From: a virus
Lineage: Duplodnaviria > Caudoviricetes
IMG/VR virus record: IMGVR_UViG_3300038797_000031
Span: 1 to 33,276 of that record
Strand: one strand, 5' to 3'
Length of the DNA stretch: 33,276 bases
Shown here: positions 1 through 7,817 of the stretch, in pieces
Numbering within the stretch: position 1 is the stretch's first letter
Layout: every line of letters begins with the position of its first letter
Notes under the pieces: generated by a model
Seen by the model: the letters and a program-made list of their open reading frames with translations, nothing else
The model's database searches: none
What the model was told of the DNA's origin: nothing
Position numbers and translations under genes: made by a program

Positions 1-8
1 TTCAGGGG

Positions 9-36
9 TTTACAGGATCTACCCAACCGCTATAAT
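9..36 (+). promoter_or_regulatory. sigma70 promoter of host tRNA-Thr
   Basis: TTTACA (9-14), 16-bp spacer, TATAAT (31-36), 12 nt upstream of the tRNA. Confidence 0.8.
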
Positions 37-48
37 CGTCGCCCACAC

Positions 49-126
<78 letters not shown>

Positions 127-131
127 TAAAT

Positions 132-165
132 CAAAGGCTTGCAGCGATGCAGGCCTTTGTTTTTT
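132..165 (+). terminator. Phage-supplied rho-independent terminator for the tRNA, overlapping an IHF consensus site (129-141)
   Basis: Stem CAAAGGCTTGCA/TGCAGGCCTTTG, GCGA loop, T-tract; AATCAAAGGCTTG matches WATCAANNNNTTR. Confidence 0.8.
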
Positions 166-171
166 GTGTCA

Positions 172-194
172 GACGTAACAAGGGACGTAACAAG
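172..194 (+). repeat. Tandem GACGTAACAAG repeats, putative integrase arm-type sites
   Basis: Copies at 172-182 and 184-194; the same 11-mer occurs at 33047-33057 and 33099-33109. Confidence 0.75.
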
Positions 195-261
195 CACGAT
201 CATGCGTTCAGATCAGATCGCTAGAGGAGTGCTTAGGTGGAAGGCCATCGGAGGCGAGCTT

Positions 262-1080
262 GTGAAGCGGAATTTCCTGGATTGGAATGCCGGACTCGGT
301 ACCGTGATTGGACTCGCGGGTTTTTTGCTAGCGTTTTATGTATGGCAAGCAGACTCATCTGCCTATGCCCTGACAGTTCGGCAAGTCTCATCCTCAGCCC
401 TTGAGCTCCCCTCTGACTCCAAGATTCACGACATCCAAATAGTGGTGAATGGAGCAAAAATCGAAGCACCTTATGTTTACTCTCTGGTCCTGATCAACAC
501 CGGGTCCAAACCGATTCCGGCTGGAAACTTCGAAACTCCGCTTCAGATTCGCACGCTTAACGGCGGGAAATTTGTTACGGCTCAGATCACTGAAACCGAA
601 CCTGCCGACATTCCGGTCAGACTGTCGATCGAAGAAAACCAGATAAAAATCTCCCCCTTCCTTTCAAATCCCGAAGACCAAATAGCAATCACTCTCGTCA
701 GTTCGGGTCCACTGGACCTGAGAGCACAAGCTCGGATCGCCGGTGTGCGAGACATAACCTTTGAAGATACATCCCAGAGCAAGTCGAGGCCGATAGTGGC
801 TTCATTCTTCGTGGCATTAGGGGTGCCATGCCTGGCGCTCTACCTGTTTTTCCTGCCGACTTCGCGATCGCGAAAGGGACTTCAGATAACCGGAGGGGTG
901 AGGTATCTCACGACGTTTGTCACGTTCGCAGCGGGTGTGTACTTCGCTAACAGGGTCAGTGAAGAGCTCGGTTACAGCGGGCTCTCTTCAACTATCGTGA
1001 TCGCGCCTATGTACGCAGTGGGATGGTGCATCATGCTATTCCTGGAGCGCCGCAACCGCGTCGAACACCCGGATGGCTAA
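262..1080 (+). CDS. Uncharacterised membrane protein (moron): N-terminal TM, beta-rich soluble domain, 3 C-terminal TMs
   Basis: Long ORF; GTG at 262 follows GGAGG (250-254); the listed TTG start at 139 lies inside the terminator; hydrophobic segments visible in the translation. Confidence 0.75.
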   Translation: MKRNFLDWNAGLGTVIGLAGFLLAFYVWQADSSAYALTVRQVSSSALELPSDSKIHDIQIVVNGAKIEAPYVYSLVLINTGSKPIPAGNFETPLQIRTLNGGKFVTAQITETEPADIPVRLSIEENQIKISPFLSNPEDQIAITLVSSGPLDLRAQARIAGVRDITFEDTSQSKSRPIVASFFVALGVPCLALYLFFLPTSRSRKGLQITGGVRYLTTFVTFAAGVYFANRVSEELGYSGLSSTIVIAPMYAVGWCIMLFLERRNRVEHPDG

Positions 1081-1176
1081 TCGAATGAATCTGAGCGTGC
1101 GATGCTTCTGACGAGTGTTCTTGCGTGACTCTGCTGGCCAGCTCAACCGAGGCCTTTCCGTTTTATGTTGACCCAC

Positions 1177-1466
1177 GGGGAAAAGGTAATTTTGGTAATT
1201 CGTTTATCGATGAGTAGACAAAGCCTTTGGAATCAATGGGTTAGGCTAATTTCTTAAAGGTAATAATAGGGTAATTTTCTAGTAATCAGATTACCTTTTA
1301 CCCTAGTCAGATCCTGACCTTTTAAAAGCCTTTAAAATCAGCGGCTTGCGAAAAAATTACCTTTTCAATTACCTCAAATTACCTTCTTTGGTAATCGCTC
1401 AAAGCCACGTCACACAAGGCTTACAGCCCCCCCTCGTTACCAAATTCCCAAAATTACCTTTTCCCC
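1177..1466. repeat. AT-rich iteron/inverted-repeat element, candidate replication origin
   Basis: 24-bp terminal inverted repeats (1177-1200 / 1443-1466, 1 mismatch); 5 GGTAAT plus 5 ATTACC; IHF-type sites at 1231-1243 and 1336-1348; non-coding. Confidence 0.65.
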
Positions 1467-1939
1467 AGCCCTGAACTGGGAATGGCGATCTGACACCCCC
1501 AAAAAACAGATCAGCACAATCACCATGGTCATTTTCGGATAGCGGATCTGCCATGCTTCCCAGGGCAATATCGAGTGCAGTCGTATGAAAGCTCAGCTAC
1601 CCAGCCGGATCGGGCTACAGCGCTCGACAGGCGGGCGTCGTAGCCGAACGGTGCGCGCCCGTTCCCATCGCTCTTTGCCGGCAAAAAAAGTTTGATCGAA
1701 AATCGAAAAACGCCCGCAATCCCACGTTTTAAAAGCTCTTGCCCAATGAAACCGGGCACCTCAGCGATATCGCCTCCGAGACCACCCCGTGCGCCGCTGT
1801 GCAACCGCACTGCATTTCTCTTCAAAACTTTGCACTCTGTGCAATGGACGATCGCCTGCAGAGCCCCACGGCCCGCCTGGCCTGCAGCTTCGTTTGCACT
1901 ACATCCGCATTTGCACAAAAAAAGGACACAAGGCCCGTT

Positions 1940-1958
1940 GGCGGGAGGGGGATAAGTG
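1940..1958 (+). other. Candidate cos (cohesive end) site
   Basis: GGCGGGAGGGGGATAAGTG matches the P2 cos GGCGAGGCGGGGAAAGCAC at 11/19 positions; preceded by 8 TGCA motifs (1800-1915) and an A-tract. Confidence 0.45.
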
Positions 1959-2064
1959 CTTTTTCAGATGATTTTTCTATGTGGTCCGAATTTTTCACGA
2001 TCGCCCACAAGCAGGGGCAGGCTGCCGCCAGTCGCTTGGTGATGTAGAGAGATACGACACTGCC

Positions 2065-2086
2065 TATACTGTGTATACATACAGCA
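2065..2086 (+). promoter_or_regulatory. LexA (SOS) box overlapping a -10 element
   Basis: CTGT-GTATACAT-ACAG at 2069-2084 (perfect CTGT-N8-ACAG, AT-rich core); TATACT at 2065-2070. Confidence 0.88.
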
Positions 2087-2102
2087 TATTTGGATTTAGC
2101 TA

Positions 2103-2354
2103 ATGAACAGGGGATCTGCAGAGGCGGCAGGTGCGGAGGCGTCAGCGATATCGCAATGGCATGCCCTGCTACGTGATGATGTGGCACTACTCGCAATGCC
2201 GGGCGCTCACCACAAAGCTCTAATAAAGCAGGCTCATACGCTACACCAAAATAGTGTGATTGATGCCGGTGTTCTTGGTGAGCTGTTGGAGTTGGCAGAC
2301 GCAGCTCTGGCTTATGCAGTTGAGGCTCTCCTAGATATCGACACTGACGAGTAG
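2103..2354 (+). CDS. SOS-regulated hypothetical protein (small, acidic, helical)
   Basis: 83-aa ORF directly downstream of the LexA box. Confidence 0.75.
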   Translation: MNRGSAEAAGAEASAISQWHALLRDDVALLAMPGAHHKALIKQAHTLHQNSVIDAGVLGELLELADAALAYAVEALLDIDTDE

Positions 2355-2359
2355 GTGAT

Positions 2360-2656
2360 ATGCGCGTACTGGTCACACCGATGCGCTTACGTGGCGTGGC
2401 ACTAGTCCCAAAAGAGCGGCGCCGGTATCCGCCGATACGGGGCAACGTAATGGTCAACTCTACTAACTGTCATGAATTGGGGCGCGCGGCCAACGTAGCT
2501 CGCGTTGACGTGGGAATGCCACTAGATCCCGATCCACTGCCGCCGCTGCTTGACGCAACGCTCGCAGGAATGGCGGTAACGGGTTTCGTACTGAGTGGAA
2601 TCGAAATAGTCGACGGTTGCGCTTACGCGCAGTCTTGGTGGTGTCGAATCGAGTAA
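2360..2656 (+). CDS. SOS-regulated hypothetical protein ending in YAQSWWCR
   Basis: 98-aa ORF with AGGTGA RBS, 5 nt after the previous stop; resembles a recurrent Pseudomonas prophage family (recognised from memory). Confidence 0.8.
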   Translation: MRVLVTPMRLRGVALVPKERRRYPPIRGNVMVNSTNCHELGRAANVARVDVGMPLDPDPLPPLLDATLAGMAVTGFVLSGIEIVDGCAYAQSWWCRIE

Positions 2657-2733
2657 ACCAGTTACATTAGTGCGGAGACGGACCGCAACGAATCACATGA
2701 CAATAATCCACACTGATGATGCAAGGTGAAAAA

Positions 2734-3564
2734 ATGAGTTCGGACGGGGATCTCTCCAAGTTAATCCACCTATGCGTCAGCATGATCCAATCACAATACG
2801 ACAAGAGAATTGCTCCTGGTAATGAATGGCAAAATGACGCCCAGGTCTTGAGCGTAAAGCTTTTCAGACACATTGCATCAGCTCAAATAGTCAGTCAAAA
2901 AACAACATTCAAACTTGACGAAGAACAAAGTTTTTCCCATATTGATCATTCCTCCGTTGCGATTATCGTAAGAGCTGCAATTGAAACATTTCTCACATTC
3001 CATTACATATTCACTAGCAACGATGCAACCACCGTAAGATTCCGACATAAAGTATGGAAGCATGCAGGCTTGATCGACCGAAGCAAAATGCTCGCAAACA
3101 CTGAAGAAAGTAAACGAGTAATTCAGCATGAAGCAATACTTATCCAAGAACTTAAAAGCGAGATCATTGCTAGCGACCATTATCTTGACTGCAATAGAGA
3201 TGCTAAAAAAGCCATTTTAAGCGGAGAATGGAAGCCAAAAGGTGGTTGGTACGCGATTATCAACCAAACTGAAGTTCACCCACGTTATTTCAACGATATT
3301 TACAGTCACACAAGCGGACATTCTCACGCAAGCTATATAAGCGCCATTCAAATAAGAGACGCATGGCAAATCAATGATCAACAGATGCTTGCAAACTCCA
3401 TATGCCAAACACTTCGCCTAATACTTTCGCACTTCCTATTCCTTTACTCCGAACTATTCCCAGAGTCAAGACGAGTATTTGAATCCAGCCCTGAACTTTT
3501 TGAAACGGCGGAACTGTGGCATATTCACAAAGAAGAAGTTACCCACCTATACGGCCCCTACTAA
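2734..3564 (+). CDS. DUF5677-like protein, candidate anti-phage cargo
   Basis: RAAIE (RxxxE) motif and YSHTSGHSH near the C-terminus; AAGGTGA RBS before ATG 2734 (alternative start 2716); AT-rich. Confidence 0.7.
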   Translation: MSSDGDLSKLIHLCVSMIQSQYDKRIAPGNEWQNDAQVLSVKLFRHIASAQIVSQKTTFKLDEEQSFSHIDHSSVAIIVRAAIETFLTFHYIFTSNDATTVRFRHKVWKHAGLIDRSKMLANTEESKRVIQHEAILIQELKSEIIASDHYLDCNRDAKKAILSGEWKPKGGWYAIINQTEVHPRYFNDIYSHTSGHSHASYISAIQIRDAWQINDQQMLANSICQTLRLILSHFLFLYSELFPESRRVFESSPELFETAELWHIHKEEVTHLYGPY

Positions 3565-3576
3565 AAAGAGGCAAAT

Positions 3577-3605
3577 TTGATGTATTACAAGCAGGTTTTG
3601 ATAAT
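3577..3605 (+). promoter_or_regulatory. sigma70 promoter for the membrane cargo gene
   Basis: TTGATG, 17 bp, GATAAT; AAGGA RBS at 3615-3619. Confidence 0.6.
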
Positions 3606-3626
3606 CTCTTTATAAGGATTTAAGCG

Positions 3627-4658
3627 ATGGAAGCCGCACAGCTAGCCTGCCTTCTGGCCGTTCCTTCAATTATAAGTTTGGTGCTGATCCTCTGTATTTT
3701 TCACAAAGGAAAATTAAACGCGGTAGAACTCGTTAATACGCTGCGCCTGCATTCCGATCACGGCCTAGTAAAGCAGCCATTATTCTGGTGGAGCATTTGC
3801 GCACCCGCATCCTACTTCGCGGCAACTGGCGCAGTATGTTGGAGCGGTTACGAGATTTCCATTTCCAGCGAGGGGTTCGGCACCTTTGTTAATATCAGCG
3901 CCCTGCCCTTGACGCTATTATCTTTGGCTATTCCACTTGGAGTCGCCGTTGCAAGATTTCACTCGACAGAACAGACAGCAAAGCAGATTTCTATAGCAGC
4001 GAACCAACTCTCAATCGCGCAACTGAAAAACAACGTGGACGCATTTTATTCTCACCGAAAGGAATTTTTTGCATATTTCGACAAAATCGGAACAGTAACT
4101 TTTTTAAAAACACTAGAAGTAAAATATCAAATCAACCCTAGGGTGCATGGTCAACTATTCATAGGAAAACCTGAAGCTGGCACGCCCAAGCTTGACACCA
4201 AATTGATTTCAGAACTTGTCAGCAAATTGAAATTTGTTCGAAACTGCCTCGACTCTGTACTGACGGATGCGAATCCAGATCAAACCTTAACTTGGTACAT
4301 GACGGCTGCAAGTAACATTTATTGGATTGCGCTAACACTTGGCATCAGGGAAATTAACAACGAACTGAATTACTCAAGCGTTACGCTGACTGGTTTCTTT
4401 GAAGACGGAACAGCATTTCGTCAGCGCTCTCTTGGGAAAAGCACCGTTGAAGCCATATGTGCATTCCGGTGTGCCAAAAGTTATATCCTTACAATTCTCC
4501 ACTTCGCATGTGATGAAAAATCAATCGAACAAATATACGAAGGCGAACTTGCCCACATCGATACAACAAGCGCTTACTTGCGGATCAATGAAAACGGACT
4601 AGTGATTGAAAGAAGCTTCGCCGGCAACTCTAGCAACCCTTGGAATATAGAAAGCTGA
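3627..4658 (+). CDS. Uncharacterised membrane protein (3 N-terminal TMs plus soluble domain), candidate anti-phage cargo
   Basis: 343-aa AT-rich ORF; hydrophobic segments followed by HSTEQTAKQI...NN..AFYSHRKEF; convergent with the tail operon. Confidence 0.8.
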   Translation: MEAAQLACLLAVPSIISLVLILCIFHKGKLNAVELVNTLRLHSDHGLVKQPLFWWSICAPASYFAATGAVCWSGYEISISSEGFGTFVNISALPLTLLSLAIPLGVAVARFHSTEQTAKQISIAANQLSIAQLKNNVDAFYSHRKEFFAYFDKIGTVTFLKTLEVKYQINPRVHGQLFIGKPEAGTPKLDTKLISELVSKLKFVRNCLDSVLTDANPDQTLTWYMTAASNIYWIALTLGIREINNELNYSSVTLTGFFEDGTAFRQRSLGKSTVEAICAFRCAKSYILTILHFACDEKSIEQIYEGELAHIDTTSAYLRINENGLVIERSFAGNSSNPWNIES

Positions 4659-4685
4659 GCACGGATATAGCAAAACTAACTTACT

Positions 4686-5666
4686 TCACTTCTTGGTAAC
4701 CTGTTTTAATTTTACTGAGAAGCCTGACAATTGAACCGCACGCGTCGTAAACGCCGTAACATCTGAAGGGCTCGGCGTTGGACCTGGCAAATGTGTATGC
4801 GCTGCCAATTGAGTGTTCATCTGCTGCAATAGATCCAACATCTCGCAGACCACCTGAAAAAGGTTTACAGCTTCAGACCCGATCCAGTTCTTTGGCGCCT
4901 GCAGTTGCTGACTGACCAAAGCTACGCTGCTGCGCAGTCCTTGGATCTGCTCGTGCATATCCCCCCCTACCGTGGCGTTATGTTTTCGCCCGATCACCAC
5001 GTTCAGATCCCTCCCAGTCGCTTGGTGGAGATCGTCCACAGCTGCCAGGCTCGCAGATCCGCCTGACAACAGCTTGAGCGCTCCCAGCGCCTCGATCTTC
5101 TTGATGCCTCCCACCGACTCGGTGGAATGGTCGCCCACCGTCCTGGTGTGATTCTGGAAAGACTCGGTGTTGTCTAGTGCTTCAACCTCGCGCTCGATCG
5201 CCTTGTCCTGGATCTTGCCATCGGTCTGGCGCAACCAGTTGCCGGCAGCGTCTACGCGCTGCTGGCAGGCTTCGCTGTGCTGCCACACCTGATCACCCTT
5301 CGGCACCCGTGGAAGGCTCAGGCCGTGCGGCAGGATCTGCGTGATGAACGGCTTGGTCGGCATGCCATAGGCGAAGCTGACCACGACAGTGGTGCCCTCC
5401 TCCGGAAAGCCGAACATGCCCGCCTCTTGCCCGCCCATCGGCGCCGGCAGCGGCAAGCTGGTCAGGATCGGCAACGCGGGATCCGGCTCGCCATCTGGCA
5501 GCAGCACCTCGACGTCGACGCCAAAGCGCGGCCGGAATTCATCGCACAGCCCTGGCGCTGCCGGCGCGTCCGGAACAGCCACCACACGGCCAAAACGTGG
5601 CAGGTGATAGCCACCGGTCAACTCTGGGAATTGGCGCGCTACTGCGCGTTGGATTGCGTCTTCCAT
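4686..5666 (-). CDS. Baseplate central spike (gpV-like)
   Basis: OB-fold-like N-terminus (GFPEEGTTVVVSF), beta-helix-like repeats, C-terminal AHTH (HxH) motif; last gene of the tail operon. Confidence 0.75.
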   Translation of the reverse strand: MEDAIQRAVARQFPELTGGYHLPRFGRVVAVPDAPAAPGLCDEFRPRFGVDVEVLLPDGEPDPALPILTSLPLPAPMGGQEAGMFGFPEEGTTVVVSFAYGMPTKPFITQILPHGLSLPRVPKGDQVWQHSEACQQRVDAAGNWLRQTDGKIQDKAIEREVEALDNTESFQNHTRTVGDHSTESVGGIKKIEALGALKLLSGGSASLAAVDDLHQATGRDLNVVIGRKHNATVGGDMHEQIQGLRSSVALVSQQLQAPKNWIGSEAVNLFQVVCEMLDLLQQMNTQLAAHTHLPGPTPSPSDVTAFTTRAVQLSGFSVKLKQVTKK

Positions 5667-6349
5667 CGGATAGCCATCTGATTGCCGGTGAGGGTCACAC
5701 TGGTGATCCGCTCGCCTTGGTTGATTGATGCGCCTGGGCGCAGACCTGGCAGGGCCGCGATCATCGCGCTTTGATTGCCCTGGTAGCCGTCGAACAGCTC
5801 AGCCGGCAACTGCAGCGGCGATCGAGCACCGAAGAAGCTGTCAGCCCAACTGCCGACAAACACCTCTCCGTCACCCTGCTGTTGCCAGACGAAGTCAGCG
5901 ATGCCGAACACGCTGGCCATGCTCTGCATCGCCTGGTAACCGGTGGCCAAGCTATAGAAGTACGGGACCTTCACCTGAGCATAAGGCTGATCGGGCACAC
6001 GAAAGCGCAGCCCGGTCTTATTGCTTATCTCCTCGAGCACGGCCTGCAGGTGAACATGACGCAGGTTCATCGGCAGCGGCTGGGCGAGGATTGCGGCGAC
6101 TTCCCTGCAGAACAGCACCTGCTCGGTACTGTTCACGGCGGTCGACGTTTCCACGTAGCCGATAAAGTGGCGCTGCAGCACGCTCTCGTTGTAGCCGACA
6201 TCCAATGTCACCAGCCCCTTCAACGTGGCAGCGGCTTGGACGGTGAACGTGGCGCGGCCGGGGCCGGCCAGCTCTAGGCGAATGTCGTCTTTGACGACCG
6301 GATAGACCACGCCACCGATCGTCAGCACCTTGTGCAGTTTCATGCTCAT
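5639..6349 (-). CDS. Baseplate hub-like tail protein
   Basis: 236-aa ORF (WQQQGDGEVFVGSW) resembling the N-terminal part of the HP1/K139 last tail gene; overlaps both neighbours. Confidence 0.7.
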   Translation of the reverse strand: MSMKLHKVLTIGGVVYPVVKDDIRLELAGPGRATFTVQAAATLKGLVTLDVGYNESVLQRHFIGYVETSTAVNSTEQVLFCREVAAILAQPLPMNLRHVHLQAVLEEISNKTGLRFRVPDQPYAQVKVPYFYSLATGYQAMQSMASVFGIADFVWQQQGDGEVFVGSWADSFFGARSPLQLPAELFDGYQGNQSAMIAALPGLRPGASINQGERITSVTLTGNQMAIRWKTQSNAQ

Positions 6350-6897
6350 GGGACACCGCCCAGGTAGTTATCCAGCTTCTTCAACGTGGCTTCGAAACCT
6401 GTGAGAGCGGCGCCGGTACCGGAACCATCACCGCCTGCTCCAGCATCGGCGCCGGCGACGCCGCTACCCGGTGCAGATTGTTTGGTGACGCCGTTGGGCG
6501 CCCGGCGTTGTTCGACCTTCTCCGGGTTCGACTGCTTTTCGGTCAAGGTGAACTGGACTGACCAGGCCGCGAGCGTGTCGTCCTCCCGAGCGCTCACGCC
6601 TTCGGTGAACTGCACCTGGCGAATGCCAAAGGCTGCGGCCGTGTCGTTGACGATTCGATAGGTCTTGAGTTGCCCGCCGCCGGCGGTGCCTTCGGCCAGG
6701 CGCATCAGCGTTTTGAGCTGTGCCTGGTCGACGAAAGCAATCTGCATGGCCACGGTCAGCGTCTTGGGTTTGAAGCCGCTGTGCGCCTTCTCGCTGCTGC
6801 TGGTCTGGCCCGACAGATCATCGCTTTCGATCCGCAGGTTGGCGTTGACCTTCATTCTTTTACCTAGCACTTGCTGGCCATCAAGCAGCAGCGTCAT
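6346..6897 (-). CDS. Baseplate complex protein
   Basis: Start MTLLLDGQ at 6897 with ATGA overlap to the upstream gene; DLSGQTSS motif of HP1-type tail genes. Confidence 0.7.
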   Translation of the reverse strand: MTLLLDGQQVLGKRMKVNANLRIESDDLSGQTSSSEKAHSGFKPKTLTVAMQIAFVDQAQLKTLMRLAEGTAGGGQLKTYRIVNDTAAAFGIRQVQFTEGVSAREDDTLAAWSVQFTLTEKQSNPEKVEQRRAPNGVTKQSAPGSGVAGADAGAGGDGSGTGAALTGFEATLKKLDNYLGGVP

Positions 6898-7817
6898 AGG
6901 CCCACCAGTTCGCGGACAAAACTCAATCCGGACAGCGATCCGACCAGCATGACGCCGGACGACAGCACCCATTCATGCCCAGGCGCGTCATCGCGCAGCA
7001 GCTGCTTGCGCAGCTCGTCCGGCGCACCGGGACCGAGCAACCGCGCGCGCATGGTGACGTCCGCATCACCGCCGGCGAGCAGTGCCTTAAGGTCGCTCAG
7101 TTGCTGATCACGGCCCTGTTGCTGCGCCGCCTTGCGCGTGGCCAGCGCTGCCAGATCGGCCAGCGGCGAACTGTCTGCCGCGTAACTTTCCAGCGCGGCC
7201 AACTGGCCGGACATCGCCTGCTTGGTCGCCTTCAGCACAGTGCAGCGCTCCAGCGGCAGGTTTTGCCAACGCGGCAATGGGCCGGCGCTCGGCATCACCC
7301 ACTTCTCCGCCTCGAGCGTGGAGAGGTGTTGCGCCCGTCGTTCAGCGCGCACCAGGTCCGGAATGGGCAGCAAGGCGTTGAACCGTTTCAAGGTGCTGGC
7401 CAACTGGCCGAAGTTGGTCGACAGGAACAGGATCGACAACGCGTATTGCTCAGCCATCGGCCGCGCCTGGTCGGCGTTGTCCGTGAGCTTGTCAGCCATC
7501 ACCTGCAGCAGGTTCGGCGCCGAAAGGAAACGCTGGTTGCCGGTGCCTTGGCCTATGCCGGATTGAAACGGTGTCACGGTGATGCAGGCCGGTACTTCGC
7601 CCAGTTGATCGGCCAAGGCCGATCGCCCGGCCGCGATCACGCTTTCGGCGGCGGCGGCGACCGGCCCCGGATTGGTGGTAGCGAGTCCCGATAGTCCGGC
7701 CAAGCGCTGCGCGGTGCCGGCCAGCTCGCCGGTCGCCAGATCCTTAGCCGCGGTCAATTCACCCATCCACTGGGTAGATTGCTCAGGCCAGCGCATCGTC
7801 ACCGGTGCCCAGGTCAC
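6894..7817 (-). CDS. Phage tail/baseplate protein
   Basis: 307-aa ORF, translationally coupled within the tail operon. Confidence 0.75.
   Translation of the reverse strand: MTWAPVTMRWPEQSTQWMGELTAAKDLATGELAGTAQRLAGLSGLATTNPGPVAAAAESVIAAGRSALADQLGEVPACITVTPFQSGIGQGTGNQRFLSAPNLLQVMADKLTDNADQARPMAEQYALSILFLSTNFGQLASTLKRFNALLPIPDLVRAERRAQHLSTLEAEKWVMPSAGPLPRWQNLPLERCTVLKATKQAMSGQLAALESYAADSSPLADLAALATRKAAQQQGRDQQLSDLKALLAGGDADVTMRARLLGPGAPDELRKQLLRDDAPGHEWVLSSGVMLVGSLSGLSFVRELVGL

Noticed and set aside
139-261. N-terminal 41 codons of the 313-aa ORF
   Set aside because: The TTG start lies in the terminator and att arm sites; GTG 262 has a GGAGG RBS
1177-1466. CRISPR array or IS element
   Set aside because: Repeats are 6-mers in both orientations without regular spacers; no cas or transposase gene; no target duplication noticed
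1529-2047. Several overlapping short ORFs (60-129 aa) on both strands
   Set aside because: No RBS or recognisable motifs; the region is better explained as cis-acting cos/promoter DNA
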